Positions 1-5,259 of a stretch of 8,306 bases of DNA are shown here, one piece after another. Every line of letters starts with the position of its first letter. Position 1 is the stretch's first letter. The translations under genes and the position numbers were made by a program. The stretch lies in contig JBBITJ010000045.1 of NCBI GenBank assembly GCA_037440825.1, positions 1-8,306 on the forward strand, written 5' to 3'. The notes under the pieces were generated by a model. That model made no database searches. It worked only from the letters and a program-made list of their open reading frames with translations, and had not been told where the DNA came from. The stretch is from Candidatus Micrarchaeota archaeon (GTDB lineage Archaea > Micrarchaeota > Micrarchaeia > Anstonellales > Bilamarchaeaceae).

Positions 1-75
1 GAAGTAAGTTATGGCAGAACATAGCGTCTAATAATTAATTAGAATTTCTAATATATATCTAGTGGAGGTTTTCAC

Positions 76-162
76 ATGATCAATGTGGTTGCAACCAAGC
101 CAAAAGAGCAATCCAAGCAAACATATTGCAGTTCTCTAAATATTCTAGAACTTCTAAAATAA
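76..162 (+). CDS. Possible 28-aa small protein (MINVVATKPKEQSKQTYCSSLNILELLK)
   Basis: GGAGGT at 64-69, 6 nt before ATG at 76; TAA at 160-162. No homology recognised. Confidence 0.3.
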   Translation: MINVVATKPKEQSKQTYCSSLNILELLK

Positions 163-180
163 TTAGTAAATAGTGCTATC

Positions 181-879
181 CTAATCTTGTTCTAAAATAG
201 AGTTAGAATTTCTAATATCTTTTATGGAATCAAGTTTTTTAAAGTACATGCGCGGATTATAGAGCTCAAAAACGGAGCAAGGCGGTCTCTTGTCCAGGAT
301 TGCCATGGCCTCAGGGCCATAAATATCAAGCACTATGCGCACGAACTCCGCATATGCGTAATGGACCGGGTTGAGCGTTGCGAGAATCTTGGTCGCCACT
401 TCCGGTCCTGCTTCGCTAGAAATGAATTTGTGCTCGAGCAGGGTCGCATGCCCTTCCAATATAGCCCTCTTTACCGGATTCGACGCATCAGCAAGGATGG
501 AATCCATCATCACGAAATGGTCGCCCTCATGCACGAAAAGCGCATCCATGATCAGGGCAAAACGACTCTTGAGTGGACCTGCAAACAACTCTTCATCGAA
601 AATGTTGTTCAGCAGTACCACCAAGGCGTTTCTGCCGTCTATCCGGAGCGCGGCTGCTGCAGGCCTAGGTTCAGAGCGATGCCGACTGCCCTTGTCGAAC
701 TCGTATGTGACGACGATCGCAGGCGCATCCATCTTCGCCTCTGAATACGCATAGCTGATGCCCTTGTGTATTGCTTCTTCGAGCCGATCGTGCTTGAGCC
801 CGAATAACCTGAGACTGCGTTGGGCATACTTGAGTTCCATGGGACGAACCGCGCTTATAATTCGCGGGGAATCAAACAT
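181..879 (-). CDS. Putative zinc-dependent metallopeptidase (zincin; resembles Zincin_2/DUF2342-like proteins)
   Basis: 232-aa ORF with HEGDH (HExxH), a downstream LEGHA (third-ligand E), then Y..FV..V...G and P...E...P..Y patterns typical of this zincin group. TATA box sits 25-32 nt upstream. Confidence 0.7.
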   Translation of the reverse strand: MFDSPRIISAVRPMELKYAQRSLRLFGLKHDRLEEAIHKGISYAYSEAKMDAPAIVVTYEFDKGSRHRSEPRPAAAALRIDGRNALVVLLNNIFDEELFAGPLKSRFALIMDALFVHEGDHFVMMDSILADASNPVKRAILEGHATLLEHKFISSEAGPEVATKILATLNPVHYAYAEFVRIVLDIYGPEAMAILDKRPPCSVFELYNPRMYFKKLDSIKDIRNSNSILEQD

Positions 880-901
880 GTTTATAATATTTGTACAACT
901 C

Positions 902-912
902 TATTTATAAAA
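902..912 (-). promoter_or_regulatory. Archaeal TATA box of the metallopeptidase gene (probably leaderless mRNA)
   Basis: Minus strand TTTTATAAATA, with TTTATAAA 25-32 nt upstream of the ATG at 879. Confidence 0.6.
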
Positions 913-924
913 GTAGGGATTCTG

Positions 925-960
925 AAAAAAGAGGATAAAAATAAGGGAAAAAAGAAAAAT
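925..960 (-). terminator. Oligo-T archaeal terminator region after the membrane-protein gene
   Basis: Several T4-T6 runs on the minus strand immediately after the TGA at 961. Confidence 0.5.
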
Positions 961-1653
961 TCAGAGCTTGACGTTCTTCCTCATCTTCTTGATGAGATCC
1001 TTGGCATCGTCCTGACCTCCAAGACCGAACGCTATGCCGAACGCGAGCCCCAGCCCGAATATCATAGCCTGCACAATCGTGAGGATCGTGCTGTTCACGA
1101 GGGAGGTGTCGAATCCGACCGTGTTGAGTCCCGTGATCACGCCCATGAGGACAATCACGAACTTCGCACCCCTTGCCACAAACGTGAGGTAGCTCGACTT
1201 GCCGAGCTCAAGGAGCTTGGTCTTCACGTATTCCCCTGTGAGCGCCGCGGCCACTATCACAAGCGCAGCCCCTATCAGGACGGGCGCGTAGATGAGCACG
1301 GTGTATATGTACGTGCTGAACTGCCCGAGCGAAACGAGCGCCGCCGAGACCTCAAGGAATACGAGTATCACGTATATCTTGACGATCTTGGAGAGCACGT
1401 TGCTGAGCTTCACGCTTCCGAGCGCGTCCTGGAGCTTGTGCATCTCCAGGAACTCCTCCAGCTTGACCATTTTCAGTATCTTCTCGAAGATTCTGCTGAT
1501 AAGTACTGCAATTATCCACCCGACCACGAACACTACCGTTGCTGCAATCAAGGACGGCAGCACGTTTATCATGCTCATGACAACTGTTGCCACCGCGTTC
1601 GCCGCGACGGAGCCGGCGTCGGTGATGGAATTCATAGACCAGGCATCTGCCAT
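961..1653 (-). CDS. Conserved TM-helix repeat membrane protein (MscS/CmpX-like small-conductance mechanosensitive channel N-terminal family)
   Basis: Multiple TM segments with LPSLIAA..VGWIIA, APVLIGAA and the C-terminal GLGLAFGIAFGLGG motif. Start moved to ATG 1653 because GGTGA (SD) lies 5 nt upstream. Confidence 0.8.
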   Translation of the reverse strand: MADAWSMNSITDAGSVAANAVATVVMSMINVLPSLIAATVVFVVGWIIAVLISRIFEKILKMVKLEEFLEMHKLQDALGSVKLSNVLSKIVKIYVILVFLEVSAALVSLGQFSTYIYTVLIYAPVLIGAALVIVAAALTGEYVKTKLLELGKSSYLTFVARGAKFVIVLMGVITGLNTVGFDTSLVNSTILTIVQAMIFGLGLAFGIAFGLGGQDDAKDLIKKMRKNVKL

Positions 1654-1678
1654 TCTAATCACCGAGGGAGTAATCACA

Positions 1679-1698
1679 CGAACCTATTTAAATGTTCG
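1679..1698. promoter_or_regulatory. Bidirectional TATA box flanked by an inverted repeat
   Basis: CGAAC-CT-ATTTAAAT-GTTCG in the 60-bp gap between divergent starts at 1653(-) and 1714(+). Confidence 0.5.
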
Positions 1699-1713
1699 CA
1701 TGCACCTCTCGTC

Positions 1714-2193
1714 ATGGATACGAATGAAAAGCCGTATTATCTGCTGAGCCCGCTGAGGGTGGTCCTTGTGAGCGCGAGCAGCAAGGGGAAGGACAATTTC
1801 ATGCCCGCGAGCTGGTGCTTCCCGCTCTCGTTCGAGCCCAAGCTGTTCGGAGTCGCGATTTCGCCGAAAAGATTCACGCACGGGCTGATAAAGGAGAGCG
1901 GGGAATACGTGATAAACATACCGGGTTCCAACCTGCTGGGCAAGATCGTGGAATTCGGAAGGCTTAGCGGCAAGGACTGCGACAAGTTCGAAAAATCCGG
2001 GCTCACGAAAGAGAAGTCCAGGAAGGTGGCAGCGGTTTCAATAAAGGAGTGCCTCGCGAGCATAGAATGCAAGGTCGTGGACGTGCTCAAAACTGGCGAC
2101 CACGACGTATTCGTGGGAGAAGTGCGAAATATAAACCTGCGCGGGAAAGGCCCAGGAATATATCAGAAAAACAGCGAGCTGGTCGAGATCTAG
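1714..2193 (+). CDS. Flavin reductase family protein (DIM6/NTAB-like)
   Basis: MDTNEKPYYLLSPLRVVLVS...NFMPASW...EP....VAI...RFT...I..SGEYVINIP...SG...DKF...ECKV...GDH..FVGEV. This is the real C-terminal part of the 820..2193 ORF. Confidence 0.9.
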   Translation: MDTNEKPYYLLSPLRVVLVSASSKGKDNFMPASWCFPLSFEPKLFGVAISPKRFTHGLIKESGEYVINIPGSNLLGKIVEFGRLSGKDCDKFEKSGLTKEKSRKVAAVSIKECLASIECKVVDVLKTGDHDVFVGEVRNINLRGKGPGIYQKNSELVEI

Positions 2194-2336
2194 TTGAGCC
2201 AATTAGGATCGACCGCAGTAGACGGGTTGCCGGATTGCACGGAAAAGAGCTTTTTAAGGCGCTTCATCTGGCTTTGGGGCATTACCGCATCTTGCTCGGA
2301 TTTCTTGTGTTCCTTGTCCTTTTTCTCCTTCTTCAT
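2190..2336 (-). CDS. Small basic hypothetical protein, 48 aa (MKKEKKDKEHKKSEQDAVMPQSQMKRLKKLFSVQSGNPSTAVDPNWLN)
   Basis: Not in the ORF track. ATG at 2336, TAG at 2190-2192, 4-bp overlap with the convergent flavin reductase gene. TTTATATA (2366-2359) lies 23-30 nt upstream. Confidence 0.6.
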   Translation of the reverse strand: MKKEKKDKEHKKSEQDAVMPQSQMKRLKKLFSVQSGNPSTAVDPNWLN

Positions 2337-2434
2337 GAGTGGTTCTGAGGCAGGAAAGTATATAAATCAGAGCGTTTGGGGGCGAAATGCGGAGCTAAAG
2401 CTGGGGAATTGGACAGAAGAATTAGATTTTGATG

Positions 2435-2743
2435 ATTTTTTCAGGGTTTTTAGGGTCCGAGTAACCTCACGGTGTCATGCACGCCCAGCACGACCTAGGA
2501 TCGCTTGCGCTTACCCTCTTTAAGCTGGAGGCATATCCGCTTGGTACGAATTTCTCGCGTGTGGCAGGTCATTCGTCTTTTTTTGCCAACATGCAGTTTC
2601 AAACCCCTTCCTAATGCATGCAGGCATTTAAAGCAACCACAGAGGCGAAAACCGCAGACCAATGGTGTCCAGACTGACTGGAGCTTTTGGACCAAACCAC
2701 GGGCCCTGCTCGGTTTACCCGAACCCTGAAAAAATATTTCAGG
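2435..2743 (-). ncRNA. Putative BHB-flanked structured ncRNA, copy 1 (predicted excised/circular form 2451-2714, 264 nt)
   Basis: 14-bp perfect outer stem (2722-2735 with 2435-2448), BHB GGGU-AAA / ACCC-UAA, inner stem CCGAG/CUCGG, and covariation with copy 2. Confidence 0.7.
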
Positions 2744-3005
2744 AATATACTTCGTTTCATTCAGGCAATTGCCAGAAGCCACTTCGACTTTTCGAGACTT
2801 TTAGGGTCCAGGTAACCTCACGGTGTCATGCACGCCCAGCACGACCTAGGATCGCTTGCGCTTACCCTCTTTAAGCTGGAGGCATATCCGCTTGGTACGA
2901 ATTTCTCGCGTGTGGCAGGTCATTCGTCTTTTTTTGCCAACATGCAGTTTCAAACCCCTTCCTAATGCATGCAGGCATTTAAAGCAACCACAGAGGCGAA
3001 AACCG
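2461..3005. repeat. Tandem direct repeat, period 351 bp; identical core 2461-2654 = 2812-3005
   Basis: Base-by-base comparison gives 194 bp with no differences. Diverged similarity extends over about 2405-2745 versus 2764-3090. Confidence 0.97.
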
Positions 3006-3090
3006 TAAACAAATGGCCCTTAGTTGTCCAAGGCTTTGTCCATACCACTTGTCCTGCCTGGTTTTCCCAAGCCCCGAAAAGTTTCAGGGG
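2787..3090 (-). ncRNA. Putative BHB-flanked structured ncRNA, copy 2 (predicted excised/circular form 2802-3062, 261 nt)
   Basis: 14-bp outer stem ACUUUUCGGGGCUU/AAGUCUCGAAAAGU (two G-U pairs that form only on the minus strand), BHB GGGA-AAA / ACCC-UAA, inner stem CCAGG/CCUGG. Confidence 0.7.
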
Positions 3091-3096
3091 ATTATT

Positions 3097-3135
3097 ATCT
3101 GCAACGAAACATTTTTAATGCTATCTTTTTTCGCA
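3097..3135 (-). promoter_or_regulatory. Candidate promoter of the RNA pair, overlapping a 14-bp shared motif
   Basis: Minus strand CGAAAAAAGATAGC-ATTAAAAAT (3119-3111), about 25-30 nt upstream of copy 2, followed by GTTTCGTTGCAGAT (3110-3097). Confidence 0.45.
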
Positions 3136-3204
3136 AAATCTACGACGTAGCCAGAAACTGCTTTATGCCGTTTTTCGGCCATCAGACGGTTCGAAAAGCG
3201 CACT

Positions 3205-3804
3205 TTATTTGGTCAGCGAAGACAGCAATTCGTACGCGCGCGAGGTGTCCGCCTCCCCTATCACGAGGAGCGTGTCCGTGTATGAAGAGATGAACTCGTT
3301 GACGTTTATGCCCTCCGCGGCCAGGAGATGGAGCACCGTGGATATCACGCCCGGAGTATCCTCTATCGCAGGGGTGCTCGAGAGTATGAACAGGTTGAGG
3401 TTCTCCTCGACGGAAAGTATGCTCTTGGAGCGCATGGCCTTGGCGGCCTCGCGCTGCTCCGCGATATACGTATAGAAGTGGCCGCTCTTCACCGACGACA
3501 CGGCCTCGAGCTCCAGCGGCGCGGAGGAGATCAGCACCACGACCTTGTTCCTTATGCTTATGGACGTGTCCTTGAGGACTTCGAGCACCTTGCCCTCCAT
3601 CTCAGTCTCCTTCTTCCGTATCCTGGCGCCTATGCGCATGAGCGCGGCCTTCACCGCATAGAAGTTCGACTGGGAGCGGAATACCTCCTTGCACAGCTTG
3701 CGCGCGAGGCGGCTGTAATTCACCAAGTCATATTTCAGCATCTCCTTTATGAACGGCCTGCGCTTCACGTAGAGCCACACGAGCTCGCTCGTCTTTTCCA
3801 TCAT
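3205..3804 (-). CDS. ACT domain-containing protein (N-terminal helical domain + C-terminal ACT; putative amino-acid-sensing regulator)
   Basis: N-terminal P....L...LVNYS.LAR motif and C-terminal ACT motif TPGVIS......LA.EGINV.E..SSYTDT..VI. Start at ATG 3804 (or 3801), 28 nt downstream of the start of TTTAAA (3832-3827). Confidence 0.85.
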   Translation of the reverse strand: MMEKTSELVWLYVKRRPFIKEMLKYDLVNYSRLARKLCKEVFRSQSNFYAVKAALMRIGARIRKKETEMEGKVLEVLKDTSISIRNKVVVLISSAPLELEAVSSVKSGHFYTYIAEQREAAKAMRSKSILSVEENLNLFILSSTPAIEDTPGVISTVLHLLAAEGINVNEFISSYTDTLLVIGEADTSRAYELLSSLTK

Positions 3805-3826
3805 GCATCGCACTATGCGGACAAGG

Positions 3827-3950
3827 TTTAAATCCGTTTCGTTGCAGATTTGTCCCAAATGGAGCGTTTTTGTTTTTTATGCCCGAAATGCAACGCAATA
3901 TTTAAAAGCGTGAAAACGCCCATGTCCAGTATTCTATTGTTTAGGTGGGA
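3827..3950. promoter_or_regulatory. Divergent promoter region ACT gene / argG
   Basis: TTTAAA at 3827-3832 and TTTAAAA at 3901-3907, each preceded in its own direction by TGCAACG (3846-3840 minus; 3889-3895 plus). AGGTGG SD precedes argG. Confidence 0.6.
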
Positions 3951-3952
3951 TA

Positions 3953-5206
3953 ATGGCAGATTTGTTGAACAAAGTCAAGGAGAAGACCGGAAACGCTTAC
4001 GACGACGTGGACAAGGTGGTGCTCGCATTCTCTGGCGGGCTTGACACCACGGTGATCGCGTCGCTGCTCCAGGACATGGGCAAGGAAGTGATAACGTGCA
4101 CGCTGGACCTCGGCCAGCAGGGCGAGTTCAAAGGCATCGCGGAGAAATCCAAGAAGGTGGGCGCGAAGAAGCATTACGGGCTCGAGACCAAGAAGGAGTT
4201 CGTCAAGGAATACCTGTGGCCAGGGGTGAAGGCGAATGCGATGTACGAAGGGAATTATCCATTGTTCACTGCATTGGGGCGGCCTCTCATAGCCAAGAAG
4301 CTCGTGGAAATCGGGATGAAGGAGGGCGCGCAGGCGGTGTGCCACGGCTCGACAGGAAAGGGCAACGACCAGGTGCGCATAGACGCAGGCGTCGCGGCGC
4401 TCAGCCAGATGAAGGTCATAGCTCCGGTGAGGGACTGGGGGCTCACCCGCGACGAAGAAATTGCTTACGCGAAGGAGAAGGGGCTCGACGTGAAGGTCAC
4501 AAAGGACAAACCGTACTCCATTGACGAGAACCTGTGGGGAAGGAGCATAGAGGCAGGACCGATAGAGTTCCCGGAACAGGCGGTCCCGGAAGACGCATAC
4601 GAATGGACCAAGCCCGCGGACAAGGCCCCTGACAAGCCTGCGTTCGTGGACATCGCGTTCGAGAAAGGCGTGCCTGTGGAAATAATCATAGATGGAGTCC
4701 CGTACAAGGACGAGGTCGAGATGCTCAAGGCGCTCACCAAGGTCGCGGGAGAGCACGGAGTGGGGCGCATAGAGCACATGGAGGACCGCACGATCGGATT
4801 CAAGAGCCGCGAGGCGTACGAGGCACCTGCTGCGCTGGTGATACTTCCAGCCCACAAGGATCTGGAGAAGTACGTGCTCACCAAGGACGAAATATTCCAC
4901 AAGAATTACATGGACAACCTCTACGCGGACATGATATATACCGGTAAATGGTTCTCGCCCCTCAAGATCGCAATAGACAAGTTCAACGACGAGGTCGAGA
5001 GCCAGGTCACAGGCACGGTGAAGATGAAGCTATTCAAAGGCAGCGCCAGCGTGGCTTCGAGAAAGAGCGCGAACGCCCTGTACAGCCACAATGTCGCGAC
5101 GTACGACAAGAGCAGCAGCTTCGACCAGAAAGAGGGCGGAGCGTTCACCAAGCTGTGGCTGATGCAGTATTCGACAGCTTATAAAATGAAGTATGGGAAA
5201 GAGTAG
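3953..5206 (+). CDS. argG: Argininosuccinate synthase
   Basis: Motifs LAFSGGLDTT, HGSTGKGNDQVR, SIDENLWGRSIE, KSREAYEAPA. Confidence 0.98.
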   Translation: MADLLNKVKEKTGNAYDDVDKVVLAFSGGLDTTVIASLLQDMGKEVITCTLDLGQQGEFKGIAEKSKKVGAKKHYGLETKKEFVKEYLWPGVKANAMYEGNYPLFTALGRPLIAKKLVEIGMKEGAQAVCHGSTGKGNDQVRIDAGVAALSQMKVIAPVRDWGLTRDEEIAYAKEKGLDVKVTKDKPYSIDENLWGRSIEAGPIEFPEQAVPEDAYEWTKPADKAPDKPAFVDIAFEKGVPVEIIIDGVPYKDEVEMLKALTKVAGEHGVGRIEHMEDRTIGFKSREAYEAPAALVILPAHKDLEKYVLTKDEIFHKNYMDNLYADMIYTGKWFSPLKIAIDKFNDEVESQVTGTVKMKLFKGSASVASRKSANALYSHNVATYDKSSSFDQKEGGAFTKLWLMQYSTAYKMKYGKE

Positions 5207-5259
5207 CTCGAAACTGGAGACGCGGGACGGGAAACTGCTGCGTGCCGAGATGACTGCAA

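Noticed and set aside
820..1713. N-terminal 298 codons of the 457-aa plus-strand ORF
   Set aside because: Antisense shadow of the membrane-protein gene; the flavin reductase domain begins at ATG 1714, just after a TATA box.
2450..2456. TTAGGG / CCCUAA telomere-like hexamer at the BHB
   Set aside because: A single hexamer per unit, explained by the BHB helix and bulge; no reverse transcriptase in the window.
2520..2610. Resemblance to RNase P RNA (UGAAAC, AGACGAAUGA, CCAGCUUA), tmRNA tag or SRP helix 8
   Set aside because: No GAGGAAnnUC/ACAnAA P4 elements in the right arrangement, no tRNA-like domain, and no CAGG-GNRA-AGCA helix. A permuted Infernal search is still needed to exclude a highly divergent member.
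2495..2874. ORFs across the repeat (2495-2782, 2505-2729, 2662-2874), the mini-ORF MLAKKDE* with an A7 run, and rolling-circle translation of the circles (both lengths are multiples of 3)
   Set aside because: Substitutions between copies preserve base pairing rather than codons, and all three minus-strand frames contain stops within the core.
2435..3090. CRISPR array, MITE/IS ends or TnpB/IscB omega-RNA array
   Set aside because: Only two long units whose 'spacers' are homologous. The terminal repeats differ between copies and need G-U pairs, with no target-site duplication or nuclease/transposase in the window.
3097..3849. 14-bp inverted repeats as ends of a mobile cassette carrying the ACT gene
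   Set aside because: No target-site duplication or transposase, and both copies abut TATA-like boxes, so a regulatory motif is more parsimonious.
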